Positions 1 through 11,396 are shown, numbered from the stretch's first letter. The stretch: DNA of 32,000 nucleotides from Ktedonobacterales bacterium (GCA_030167145.1 CP126532.1:1560001-1592000), one strand, 5' to 3'. Program-made: numbers and translations. Notes: generated by a model not told the origin, from the sequence alone.

Positions 1-980
1 TCGCTGGCGCTGGCCTCCTCGATGGCCGTGTCCAGATCTGGGATCTGCGCGCCTCACGCCTGCTCACCACCCTCGCCTTTGGCGGCAGCGCCGGGGCAGG
101 CGTTCTGCAAGAGTTGCGCCTCTCACCCCAGGGTAGCTACGCCGCCGCCTGGGGTCTCAGCCTCGGCACACGCATCTGGAACGTCGCCACCGGCGCCCCC
201 ATCTGGACCGCCGCCATCAACTCCCCCCGCGAGATGATGGACATCGCCCTGCTCGACTCCCCGCCCATCGCCCGGCTTGCCCTGCCCGATGCCCCCGTCG
301 CCCTCGCCGAAGACGACCCCTTCCGCTGGGCCTACGAGGGCCGCCACAGCACCAGCCTCTTCACCCGCCCCCTTGTCGGGCCAGCCGGACCCGCCGCCGC
401 CATTCCTTTGCGCTGCCACGAACCCAACGGCAAACCCCTCAGCGACCGCGACGACCGCTGGCGTATCCAGGTGCGCGCCCTCTCCGCTGATGGTCGCGCC
501 CTCTTCACCGGCTCCTCCGCCCGCACCGAAAAGCTTGCCCCGCCCCGTGTGCTCCACACCTGGGATCTCGAACATCGCAACATCTTCGGCGCGCTCCAGC
601 CCCAGCGCACCGCCCGCGTCGCCGCCCCGCTCGACGCCATCCAGTTCCCGCTCACCGTCACCCCCGACCTCGCCTACGTCGCCGCCAGCTTCCAGGGCGC
701 GGAAGCGCGTGTCCACCGTCTCGCCGGTGGCGACCCATTCGTCATTCCCACCGGCCCCATCCCCGAAGATGCCCTCATCGCCCTCTCACCCGACGCCGCC
801 TACCTCGCCCTTGCCCGCGATACCCACCTCGACCTCTGGCATGTCGCCAGCGGCCAGCATCTCCAGCGCTGGCAGTGCCCCGCCGAATGCACCGCGCTCA
901 CCTTCGCCACCGCCGCCGCCACGCCTACCCTCGCCGTCGGCCTTCGCAACGGCCTCATCGAAATCTGGTCCGTCCGCTAA
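1..980 (+). CDS. WD40-like beta-propeller repeat protein, 5' end outside the window (track ORF 114..980 is its tail)
   Basis: Frame 3 is open from base 3 (..DGRVQIWDL..) to TAA at 978-980. Recurrent blade-end motifs: RIWNVATG, LHTWDLEH, LDLWHVASG, GLIEIWSV. High GC3. Confidence 0.65.
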   Translation, partial: AGAGLLDGRVQIWDLRASRLLTTLAFGGSAGAGVLQELRLSPQGSYAAAWGLSLGTRIWNVATGAPIWTAAINSPREMMDIALLDSPPIARLALPDAPVALAEDDPFRWAYEGRHSTSLFTRPLVGPAGPAAAIPLRCHEPNGKPLSDRDDRWRIQVRALSADGRALFTGSSARTEKLAPPRVLHTWDLEHRNIFGALQPQRTARVAAPLDAIQFPLTVTPDLAYVAASFQGAEARVHRLAGGDPFVIPTGPIPEDALIALSPDAAYLALARDTHLDLWHVASGQHLQRWQCPAECTALTFATAAATPTLAVGLRNGLIEIWSVR

Positions 981-990
981 CCCCGCCACG

Positions 991-1079
991 TCTCCCCTCG
1001 CCCCGTGGGAGAAGGGCCGGGGGTGAGGTCTTTCTCTGTCTCCCCTCGCCTTGTAGGAGAGGGGCTGGGGGTGAGGTCC
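991..1079 (+). repeat. Two tandem copies of a ~40-nt hairpin repeat (TCTCCCCTCGCC..GGGGGTGAGGTC)
   Basis: Copy 1 is 991-1030, copy 2 is 1039-1079. CCTCGCC(CC) pairs with (GG)GGTGAGG only if one G-U pair is allowed, i.e. as + strand RNA. It sits directly after the WD40 stop, so it may act as a terminator. Confidence 0.7.
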
Positions 1080-1085
1080 CCCGCG

Positions 1086-1094
1086 TGATATACT
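1086..1094 (+). promoter_or_regulatory. Extended -10-like element TGATATACT followed by ACCC
   Basis: Fits TGnTAYACT and resembles the CATGCTACACTACCC box seen elsewhere. About 120 nt upstream of the 1216 start. No convincing -35. Confidence 0.3.
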
Positions 1095-1215
1095 ACCCAT
1101 AGATCCGCCGCAAAGGAGCGCAGCGGATTCCCCATGGCGACGCCGGACGCGCGGAGTAGCGCGCCGAAGCCTGACCTGTATCCTGAATCACGGCATACAC
1201 GCCAGGAGGTTCCCC

Positions 1216-1416
1216 ATGCGCTGCGAAAACTGTGGACGCGACATTGACAACGCCGAACTGTGGCGAATCGCCGGCGACCCCAACGCTCCCACCTCGTGGA
1301 CCATGCGCCAGCTCTGCTGGGACTGCCGCCAGGCCCCCCAGCGCGCCGCCGAGCGCGAGCGCGAAGCCCGCCGCGCCGAGGCCAGCCAGCAAAGTGAAAC
1401 GGCGCGTGCCAGCTAA
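1216..1416 (+). CDS. Small zinc-ribbon-like protein (CxxC..CxxC) with Arg/Glu-rich tail
   Basis: AGGAGG 7 nt upstream of the ATG. High GC3. Two CxxC pairs (CENC, CWDC). Preferred over the overlapping minus ORF 1093..1458. Confidence 0.55.
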   Translation: MRCENCGRDIDNAELWRIAGDPNAPTSWTMRQLCWDCRQAPQRAAEREREARRAEASQQSETARAS

Positions 1417-1498
1417 TTCCGACATCCGTAGCGTCGTTGGTCTCTGCTCACCAGGCATCAGACCAGGGTGAGTTGCGGCTTATGCACTCTTGCTTTTT

Positions 1499-1584
1499 AC
1501 GACGGACACCTGTCTGTCCCCAACCCGCGCAGGCCAGTTTCGCTGCCGCAGGCCATTGTAGGGGCGCACGGTGTGCGCCCCACG
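1499..1584 (+). repeat. Composite REP-like element: degenerate GGACA..CCTGTCTG module, AACCCGCGCAGGC..TTTCGC module, and a GGGGCGCAC-GGT-GTGCGCCCC palindrome
   Basis: Modules recur at 13319-13404, 15492-15549 and 25745-25837. Lies in the convergent gap between the 1216 gene and the nirK-like gene. Confidence 0.6.
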
Positions 1585-1684
1585 AGAGCAGCCAACAAAA
1601 GTTGCGGGCCAGGCGACCTTTGCCACCTGACCCGCACGCTATACGAGCGGCTTGATACGAGCGACGTGCGCCCGCTACATGCTC

Positions 1685-2968
1685 CTACTGCACCTCAAGC
1701 ACCCCAACCGCGCCAGTCATCGCGCCTGAGAACGAGTGCGTAACGAAGGGATACTTGCCAGCGTCCGGTATCGTCAGCTCCAGCATCGCCCCACCGCCCG
1801 GCGGAATCGTCACCGTCTGGTCGCCCACCATGTGGTTCGCGGGGTTCCCATCCACGTAGAAATCGCTGAAGATCGCCCCGATCACGTGAAAGGCCGAGAA
1901 CTGAGATGGCCCAGCATTCAGCACGAACAGGCGGATGCGCTCACCGGCTTTGGCCTGAATCGGATCCGTGCGATACTGGTCCGCGTAGCCATTGAAGGTC
2001 ACATAGTCCGGCGTCACCGCCATCAGTTTGTTCTCATCCAGGCTGTATGTCGTGTCGGCGTTCTGCTTGGTGTAGAACTCGCTCTGCACCAGCACATACT
2101 CTTGCGCCGCGCCATTCGGCCAGCCATTGGTCGGATCCACGATGATCACGCCATACATGCCATTCGCCATGTGATCCATCGCTGGTGGCGTCCCACAGTG
2201 ATACATGAAGACACCAGGGTAATTTGCAACCCAGTCAAAACTCTTCGTCTGGCCAGGGCCAATGGACTGATAGTTCTTATCCCAGGGTGTCTGTGCCGCG
2301 TGGAAATCAATCGAGTGCGGCAACGTGCCGTCATTGGTCAGCGTAAAGTGGATCGTCTGCCCCTGGCGCACGTGCAGCACCGGCCCCGGAACCGTTCCGT
2401 TGAACGTCCAGGCGTTGTAGGCTTCGCCCTTCGCGATAGCTAGTAGCTTCTCTTGAGCCGTCAAATTGACGTTCACCACACTGCCCGTCGCCGTCGCTGG
2501 CGCCGCCGCAGGATAGGTGGTATGTGGCGGCATCTTCGCCGCCGCGGTCTTGCCCAGCGTTGCCGCATTCGCGCTATAGTTTGCCATCCCTGGCATACCC
2601 GCCATGCTATTGTTCGAGTTCGCCGCATTCGGCGCAAAAGCGCCATTCGCCGCCAGCGCGATCACTAACGACACCACCGTCAGCGCGACGATCAAGGTGC
2701 CACCAATGACGGCAAGCGCCGCGCTATCGCCGGGATGCCGACGAAACCACCGGCTCGTCAAGCTTTGCGAGCGTGAATCTGCTCTCGGCGAGTAGGTAAT
2801 TCGCTCGGATGATGCAAACTGGGCAGACGCCGATGCTGGCGAATGATGCCGCGACGAAGATGACGTGGTCGCGGCGGATGTATCGGTTGACGTATCAGGA
2901 GATTGCTGAACTGGCGCACTCATAAGATCGGTGATCCTCTCTGCTCTGCTAAACAGACCTGCCGCCAA
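1685..2968 (-). CDS. nirK: Copper-containing nitrite reductase (NirK)-family two-domain multicopper oxidase with Ser/Thr-rich N-terminus and one TM anchor
   Basis: HSIDFHAAQ (T1 His, catalytic Asp, T2 His). YHCGTPPAMDHMANGMYG (T2 His, then T1 Cys..His..Met). FHVIG (catalytic His and Ile). FVTHSF (T2 His of the neighbouring subunit). TM segment LAVIGGTLIVALTVVSLVIALAA. The start could also be the internal MSAPV. Confidence 0.7.
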   Translation of the reverse strand: MAAGLFSRAERITDLMSAPVQQSPDTSTDTSAATTSSSSRHHSPASASAQFASSERITYSPRADSRSQSLTSRWFRRHPGDSAALAVIGGTLIVALTVVSLVIALAANGAFAPNAANSNNSMAGMPGMANYSANAATLGKTAAAKMPPHTTYPAAAPATATGSVVNVNLTAQEKLLAIAKGEAYNAWTFNGTVPGPVLHVRQGQTIHFTLTNDGTLPHSIDFHAAQTPWDKNYQSIGPGQTKSFDWVANYPGVFMYHCGTPPAMDHMANGMYGVIIVDPTNGWPNGAAQEYVLVQSEFYTKQNADTTYSLDENKLMAVTPDYVTFNGYADQYRTDPIQAKAGERIRLFVLNAGPSQFSAFHVIGAIFSDFYVDGNPANHMVGDQTVTIPPGGGAMLELTIPDAGKYPFVTHSFSGAMTGAVGVLEVQ

Positions 2969-3181
2969 AAGTCAGCATCGTTGCCACTCATAGGCCGGTC
3001 CGCGCAAGCCGCACATCAATGCGATCACCACACATCATGACCGATCAGCATCACAGCGCCGTCACTGCGCACCTGCCAGCGCTCACAATGCCATCACGCA
3101 CCCGCCAGCTTCCGCAAGTTCTCTGTGGACCGCGCCCCGCGCTCTCGCGGCGTCTTCGCAACACCTGGCGCTATTTCCCGC

Positions 3182-5284
3182 CTATTCGTGTGGCGCTTGC
3201 TCTGGCTGACGACGCACTATGGACGCATCCATTGCAATACGGCCCGCACGCAGCGCATTGAGAATCACCAGCACATCAATGCCCTCTTGCAAGATGGCCC
3301 CAGCCACCGGTGGAATATAGCCGAATGCCGCCACCACCATCGCGATCACGCTCAGGCCAATCCCCACCCAGATACCCTGCTTGGCGACACGCAGCACACG
3401 CCTTCCCAAATGCACCGCATACACCACCTGCAAAATATCAGTGGAGAGCAGCACCGCATCCGCGATTCCCGTGCTGGCGCCCAATCCCTGCGCGCCGATC
3501 GCCATACCCACCTCCGCCAGTGCCAGGGCAGGCGCGTCGTTGACGCCATCGCCAACCATCAAGGTTCGCTGCCCCTGCCCTTGCAGGTCCGCAATGACCC
3601 GCACCTTCTCGTTCGGCAGGCATTGGGCCACCACGCGATCTACCCCCGCCAATCGCCCCACCGACTCAGCCGCCGCCGGTCCGTCACCCGTCAACAGCAC
3701 GACTTCCTGAATCCCCTCCGCTCGCAACGCCGGACCCAGCGCAGCCACCTGCGGACGCGGAACGTCAGCAAAAACCAGCAAAGCGACGATATGGGTATCG
3801 AGCGCGAGGAAACTCGCGATTTGACCAGCGATGGCCCGCCGTTCCCGCTCCGCCGTCAGATCCACTGGCAGGGCGATTCCAAGTGAACGCATATACGTGC
3901 GATTACCGACGGCAAGCGTGGTAGTGACGCCGCTAGCGGCGCCACCCCGCAGCATAACGGTTCCACTTGCCCCCTTCCCTGCGACCTCTTCAAAGTTTGT
4001 CACCGGCAGCAGCGCTAATCCACGCTCACGGGCTGCCGCCACCACCGCTCGGGCCAGAATGTGCGTCGAATATTGTTCTACGGAGGCAGCCATATCCAGC
4101 CACGCATCCGCCTGCGCTCCATCCTCGGCGCGCTCATTCTGCTCAGCGGCAGGCACGATTTCTACCAGTTCCGGCATGCCAAGCGTGAGTGTCCCCGTCT
4201 TATCGAAGACCGCGGTAGTCACCTCGCCGAGCTGCTCCATCGCCGCCCCGCTTTTGAGGATAATCCCCGACCGCGCCGCACGGTCAATGCCCGACATGAT
4301 CGCAATCGGCGTTGCCAGAATCAGTGGACACGGAGTCGCCACGACCAGCACCGCCAGAGCAAACACGCCATTGCCCGAAGTCGCCCATGCCACGCCCGCG
4401 ATGCTGAGCGTGATCGCCGTGAACCACACCGCATAGCGGTCCGCCAGCCGGTGGATCGGCGCTTTCTGCTGTTGAGCCGCCTCCACCAATTGAACAATCT
4501 GCGCATACTGGCTCTCGGCGCTGCGCCGCGTTGCCCGCACATCCAGCACCCCGTCGAGATTCACACTGCCAGAGAGCACCAGCGCGCCAGGATCTTTGCG
4601 CACCGGCAGCGGCTCGCCCGTGAGATCAGCCTCGCTCACGCTCGCGCTCCCCGCCGTGACCACCCCGTCCACCGGCACAAGCTCACCGGGCAGCACCACA
4701 ACCCCTTCGCCAGCTTCGATGACATCCGCAGATACCGTTTCGAGCGCGTCACCGCTCCGTACATGCGCATGTCGTGGCGCCCGTTCGGCCAGCGCGGAGA
4801 GCGAACTGCGCGCCCGCCGCAGCGCGAATGCCTCCAGCGCCGTACCGCCAGAAAGCATCAGCACGATGATCGCGCCCGCCAGGTATTGCTGCAGCAGCAA
4901 CGCGCCCCCGATGGCGATCAGCGCGATCACATCAACACCAAATTCGCCACGAGCGAGTTGCGTGACGGTCTCCCACAGCAGCGGCACGCCACCAATGACA
5001 ATCACCGCGGCCAGCACCCACTGCGCCATATCTGGCTGCCCAATCAGCGCCAGCACAGCGGCAACGCCCAGCAGCACGACCGTCGCAATCGGCACAGGAT
5101 AGCGGCGCATCGTCCGAAAGGCACGGCGAACATACCCTGTATGAGGCTCTTCGGGTCGCTGTTCGCGCGCGGCCTCACTTCGCGAGGATATGGGACTGGC
5201 TGATGTATGTTGTGAATGCTGAGCGCTGATCATGGAGTTGAACCCTCTTCGACAATCTGATGCCGCGACACACGGTCGCGGCAT
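3182..5284 (-). CDS. Heavy-metal translocating P1B-type ATPase, TPCP metal-site motif, no N-terminal HMA domain
   Basis: LTGEP, DKTGTLT, LLTGDG and GDGVNDAPAL motifs. The helix before DKTGT reads VVATPCPLILATP. The last helix reads LQEGIDVLVILNALR. The start may be the internal MISAQ (about 5233). Confidence 0.85.
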   Translation of the reverse strand: MPRPCVAASDCRRGFNSMISAQHSQHTSASPISSRSEAAREQRPEEPHTGYVRRAFRTMRRYPVPIATVVLLGVAAVLALIGQPDMAQWVLAAVIVIGGVPLLWETVTQLARGEFGVDVIALIAIGGALLLQQYLAGAIIVLMLSGGTALEAFALRRARSSLSALAERAPRHAHVRSGDALETVSADVIEAGEGVVVLPGELVPVDGVVTAGSASVSEADLTGEPLPVRKDPGALVLSGSVNLDGVLDVRATRRSAESQYAQIVQLVEAAQQQKAPIHRLADRYAVWFTAITLSIAGVAWATSGNGVFALAVLVVATPCPLILATPIAIMSGIDRAARSGIILKSGAAMEQLGEVTTAVFDKTGTLTLGMPELVEIVPAAEQNERAEDGAQADAWLDMAASVEQYSTHILARAVVAAARERGLALLPVTNFEEVAGKGASGTVMLRGGAASGVTTTLAVGNRTYMRSLGIALPVDLTAERERRAIAGQIASFLALDTHIVALLVFADVPRPQVAALGPALRAEGIQEVVLLTGDGPAAAESVGRLAGVDRVVAQCLPNEKVRVIADLQGQGQRTLMVGDGVNDAPALALAEVGMAIGAQGLGASTGIADAVLLSTDILQVVYAVHLGRRVLRVAKQGIWVGIGLSVIAMVVAAFGYIPPVAGAILQEGIDVLVILNALRAGRIAMDASIVRRQPEQAPHE

Positions 5285-5419
5285 CTTCTATTCGTACAGC
5301 ATGCGCGTCACATGCGCGTCACAGCGTTTTGCCCAGTTGCTGCTGGCCGCTCTCACATACGCATGCCGCTGGCTCTGCGCCGTCATTCGTCCAAGCGGCC
5401 AGTCGCTCCCACGTGTGTC

Positions 5420-5875
5420 TCAACCCGTCGGCGCGAACGTCCTGGGTTGAGGGGCGCGCATTGGCCCCTGCGGCTGCTGCATCGCCGTCCCATCCGGCCC
5501 GCCGATGATATACGCGATCATCACCGCATACCCCACCAGAGGGAATCCAAACCCCAGCACTCCGGCCACCAACAACATGATGAACCAGAGCTTGTCCTCC
5601 ACGTGGTAGGTGTTGATCAGCGCCCCGATCCACGCGACCGTCTGCGCGATAAAGCCAGCCACGGCAATGGTGAATCCTGCCGCCATCAAGGCGATCGTCG
5701 TCCAGAAGAAGCCGTTGATCTCAGGGGTAAACTCGCTCCCAGTACCCCCTGGCGCTGTGGTGAACTGGCCGCCGAACGCCAGCAACAGCCACACGCCAAT
5801 GCCACCCACGACTAGCCCCGCAACGACGACGATCAGGCCGATGATCCACGTCTTGCTGATGATAGACTTCGTCAT
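5420..5875 (-). CDS. Hypothetical integral membrane protein (about 4 TM)
   Basis: AGGAGG upstream of the ATG on the minus strand (5884-5889). Strongly hydrophobic segments. Preferred over overlapping + strand shadow ORFs. Confidence 0.7.
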   Translation of the reverse strand: MTKSIISKTWIIGLIVVVAGLVVGGIGVWLLLAFGGQFTTAPGGTGSEFTPEINGFFWTTIALMAAGFTIAVAGFIAQTVAWIGALINTYHVEDKLWFIMLLVAGVLGFGFPLVGYAVMIAYIIGGPDGTAMQQPQGPMRAPQPRTFAPTG

Positions 5876-5901
5876 CTTGCTCTACCTCCTAATTCGTTCG
5901 T

Positions 5902-6186
5902 TCATCCCTTTGACCCGCGCATCAGAAAGTTGACCGCGATGGCGAGCAGGGCGACGACCAGCGCCATCACGCCCATGCCGATCAGCCACCCAGTAAAGCC
6001 CATATCGAAGACCACCGACGCACCCAGAGAGATTCCCGCCATCACCACCAGAAACGCCAGCGCCAGTCCTGCCCACGACATCGCTATCGTTTGTCGCTCA
6101 CCCATCGGCGAGATAGCAGGCGAGCTAGGAACACTCCCATTCGCCAGAGATCGCTCTGTCTCGTTGACATGTGCTTGCGGAGTCAT
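5902..6186 (-). CDS. Hypothetical small membrane protein (2 TM), start trimmed to MTPQAHV
   Basis: AAGGAGG lies just upstream of the ATG at 6186. The track ORF start at 6219 has no RBS. Confidence 0.6.
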   Translation of the reverse strand: MTPQAHVNETERSLANGSVPSSPAISPMGERQTIAMSWAGLALAFLVVMAGISLGASVVFDMGFTGWLIGMGVMALVVALLAIAVNFLMRGSKG

Positions 6187-6380
6187 GGTGTCCACCTCCT
6201 TGCCGTGAGATTGCGTCACGCCTGGAAACGACTCGTTTCCACTTCACACTCTCCGCTATGCGCCTCACATGCCCATCTCCCTGGGGCAGATGCCCCTCAC
6301 ACGCGCATCACACCGGCGCGAACTCCTTTCCCATGCGCTGCCCTTTCGGCCTCATCGGCGCAACCACCCATCAACCATCC

Positions 6381-6701
6381 CTATGCCTTCCGCCTTCGCG
6401 GAATCGAGATCAGCGTCCACCCTACGGCGAAGCACACCACCAATAGCACACGCGGCCCCTCGCCCCACGAACTCGTCCACACCGCCGTCCCCAGCATCCA
6501 CGGCAGAAACACCACCCACAACACAATCTGCAAGACCAGCGGGAAATCGCGGATCGCGCTCCACAGCTCATCCAGCCGCCCGGCAAACAGCAGCGCAAAG
6601 AACACCACCCACATGCCAATCATCCAGAGAAACCAGAGCCATGCGCCCAGCGAAGCATGCCGCCGTCGCGCCCGTGGCTGTGGCATTGTAGCCTCACTCA
6701 T
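6381..6701 (-). CDS. Hypothetical small membrane protein (about 3 TM, Trp-rich)
   Basis: AAGGAGGG upstream of the ATG. Six-nt gap to the preceding gene 6707-7021 suggests co-transcription. Confidence 0.6.
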   Translation of the reverse strand: MSEATMPQPRARRRHASLGAWLWFLWMIGMWVVFFALLFAGRLDELWSAIRDFPLVLQIVLWVVFLPWMLGTAVWTSSWGEGPRVLLVVCFAVGWTLISIPRRRKA

Positions 6702-6706
6702 CGCAC

Positions 6707-7021
6707 CTACCCTCCTTGTGCCTGCGACCCGCGCCCAGGCGTTGTATATCCAGAGATCCGACGGCGATTGGCACGCGCGGCTGCGCTATGCGTGCCCAGG
6801 TCGAAGAGAAACGCCAGCGCCACCCAGAACCACCCCCAGCCCGTCACCCCCGTCCCAGGCAGATACACCGCCACATAGGCCAGCGTTGTGAACGGCAAGA
6901 AGATGATGCCCAAGAGGGGCAAAAGCCATCCCCCCTGGAATGCCCGCGTCACCAGCGGCGTCAAGATCCAGACGAAGAGCAACATCAGGCGCGCAAATAG
7001 CGTAAGAAGACAACCGACCAT
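6707..7021 (-). CDS. Hypothetical small membrane protein (about 3 TM), start trimmed to MVGCLLTLF
   Basis: GGGAGG 5 nt upstream of the ATG at 7021. The 54-aa upstream extension in the track is non-hydrophobic and runs over the tandem-repeat and intergenic DNA upstream. Confidence 0.6.
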   Translation of the reverse strand: MVGCLLTLFARLMLLFVWILTPLVTRAFQGGWLLPLLGIIFLPFTTLAYVAVYLPGTGVTGWGWFWVALAFLFDLGTHSAAARANRRRISGYTTPGRGSQAQGG

Positions 7022-7187
7022 AGCTACCTCCCTGTGCGAAAGACCCGCTACCTTGATATCCCATCTATTCCGGGCATGTGGACTGCGCTTGCCTGCGAAT
7101 GCCTCACGCCCACCCTGCCACGCTGGCGCACTGGCGTCACATATCGGTCTCCATCCATCACCCGCATCACACATGCCTGTCACACCC

Positions 7188-7236
7188 GCATCTCACCTCG
7201 CCATCTCACCTCGCCATCTCACCTCGCCATCTCACC
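7188..7236 (+). repeat. 13-nt tandem repeat (CCATCTCACCTCG), about 3.8 copies
   Basis: Read directly: gcatctcacctcg / ccatctcacctcg / ccatctcacctcg / ccatctcacc. It ends 10 nt before the candidate -35 at 7246. Confidence 0.9.
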
Positions 7237-7245
7237 AGCCCAAAG

Positions 7246-7275
7246 TTGACGAATGAACTCTTCACATTCTATAGT
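7246..7275 (+). promoter_or_regulatory. Candidate sigma-70-type promoter for the cox operon (TTGACG, 18-nt spacer, TATAGT)
   Basis: TTGACG at 7246-7251 and TATAGT at 7270-7275, in a locally AT-richer patch. This would give a ~340-nt leader before coxM. Confidence 0.4.
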
Positions 7276-7617
7276 GAACTCAACCCTGCTGATTTCGTTA
7301 TTCATCACCGCGCACAAGGCGCACCCACCACCCGTTCGGGTCGTCTCGCCCGCTCGCTCCGCTGGAGCGATAGCGGGCATCGCCTGATAGGACGTCACGT
7401 AGCGCGACTTGCGTATCACCATTCGCGTATCACCACCCACCTAGCGCGGCCCCCATCGTGCGGCATGGAAGAATTGGCTCCCCACGAGCCACATATGGAA
7501 TCGTCCTCTCGTTTGCCAGACGCGTCTGCTGCGTTCGTCATGGCGCATCACCAGTTCCGTCCGGCCCAGTGTTCACCTGTCGTGCCAGGGTGCAGCCTGC
7601 GCCCAAGGAGGTCGGCC

Positions 7618-8499
7618 GTGATTCCGGAGGACTTCACCTATTTTGCCCCCGGTAGCTTGCCAGAAGTGTGGGATTTGCTACGACAGCATCCCGATGACGC
7701 GAAGATCCTCGCTGGTGGCCAGAGCCTTATCCCGCTCATGAAATTCCGCCTCGCCACCCCCGCTTACCTGATTGATCTGCGCAAAGTCCCTGGCCTCGAT
7801 ACCCTCGCCGAGCGCGATGGCGCTCTCGTCATCGGCGCGATGGTCCGCGAAGCCGCCACCGAACACTCGCAGCTCATCCAGCGTCGCTACCCCGGTATCC
7901 ACGAAGCCAGCGCCGTTGTCGCCGATCCCCTCGTGCGCAACTTCGCCACCATCGGCGGCAATATCGCCCACGCCGACCCCGCCAACGACCACCCCGCCAT
8001 GCTGCTCGCCCTGCGCGCCAGCGTCGTCGCCCACGGCCCCAACGGCCAGCGCACCATCCCCCTCGACGACTTCCTGGTAGACACCATGGAAACCTCGCTC
8101 GCCCCCGACGAAGTGCTCACCGAGATCCATGTGCCACAGCCCGCCCCGCGCAGCGGCTCAACCTATCTCAAGCTAGAGCGCAAAGTCGGCGACTACGCCA
8201 TCGCCGCCGTCGGCGTACAGATCACCCTTGATGGCGACGTATGCACCCAGGCCGGCATCGGCCTCACCAACGTTGGCCCCAAAGCTGTCCGTGCCACCCA
8301 GGCCGAGATGTTCCTCACCGGCAAACAGCCCACCGAGGATGTCATCCGCGAAGCCGCCCGGCTCGCCGCCGCCGCCGCTCAGCCCGTATCCGACCTGCAT
8401 GGCCCCGAAGATTACAAACGCGCGATGATCCGCACCCTCACAGCGCGGGCGCTGCGCGAGGCGACACAGCGCGCACGCGCGGGAGGCGTATCAGCATGA
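7618..8499 (+). CDS. coxM: Aerobic CO dehydrogenase medium (FAD-binding) subunit
   Basis: GTG at 7618, 6 nt after AAGGAGG (7605-7611). [17 protein letters not shown] and [12 protein letters not shown] are FAD-binding motifs of the CoxM/XdhB family. The stop overlaps the coxS start (ATGA). Confidence 0.85.
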   Translation: MIPEDFTYFAPGSLPEVWDLLRQHPDDAKILAGGQSLIPLMKFRLATPAYLIDLRKVPGLDTLAERDGALVIGAMVREAATEHSQLIQRRYPGIHEASAVVADPLVRNFATIGGNIAHADPANDHPAMLLALRASVVAHGPNGQRTIPLDDFLVDTMETSLAPDEVLTEIHVPQPAPRSGSTYLKLERKVGDYAIAAVGVQITLDGDVCTQAGIGLTNVGPKAVRATQAEMFLTGKQPTEDVIREAARLAAAAAQPVSDLHGPEDYKRAMIRTLTARALREATQRARAGGVSA

Positions 8500-9013
8500 C
8501 GACCCAGCACGTCCAGATGACCATCAATGGCCAACCGTACGCAGCCGATATCGAACCACGCCTGCTGCTCGTCCACTTCATCCGCGAGGTCGCCAACCTC
8601 ACCGGCACCCACATCGGCTGCGACACCACCAGTTGTGGCGCCTGCACCGTCCTCGTCAACGGCGTCCCCGCCAAATCCTGCACCCTCTTCGCCGTGCAGA
8701 TGGATGGCGCCGCCATCAGCACCGTCGAAGGACTCGAACAGAACGGCGCACTCCATCCCGTGCAAGAAGGCTTCTTCGAGGAGCACGGCCTGCAATGCGG
8801 CTTCTGCACCCCCGGCATGATGATGACCGCCGTGGCCTTCCTCGCCCAGAACCCCAACCCCACCGACGACGAGATTCGCCGCGCCATCTCCGGCAACCTC
8901 TGCCGCTGCACTGGCTATGTCAACATCGTCAAATCCATCCAATATGCGGCCAAGAAGCAGCGCGAGGCGCAGACCGCCCCCGCCGCGCCAGCCGAACCAG
9001 CGGAGGCCATCCG

Positions 9014-9017
<4 letters not shown>
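8496..9017 (+). CDS. coxS: Aerobic CO dehydrogenase small ([2Fe-2S]) subunit
   Basis: [11 protein letters not shown] and CGFCTPG..CRCTGY cluster motifs. ATGA overlaps at both ends. GGGAGG upstream. Confidence 0.9.
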
Positions 9018-11368
<2,351 letters not shown>

Positions 11369-11396
11369 CTGAGATACTGCGGTGGAGGCAGAGACG

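Noticed and set aside
1093-1458. 121-aa minus-strand ORF overlapping the small CxxC gene; also 31382..31720 (-) overlapping the last partial gene
   Set aside because: No RBS and Ala/Gly/Arg-rich shadow composition. The + strand alternatives have either a strong RBS (1216) or membrane-protein character in operon context (31492).
7078-7617. 180-codon upstream extension of coxM (contains HLTSPSHLAISPRHLTSP from the 13-nt tandem repeat)
   Set aside because: It runs through the tandem repeat and the promoter-like region. CoxM homology starts at VIPEDF, which has AAGGAGG 6 nt upstream.
8241-9013. Upstream extensions of the coxS (8241) and coxL (8633) track ORFs; likewise 11480..11941 for the XdhC-like gene
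   Set aside because: They are out-of-frame overlaps with the preceding cox genes. Homology begins at the internal ATGs, which form ATGA stop/start overlaps or have their own RBS.
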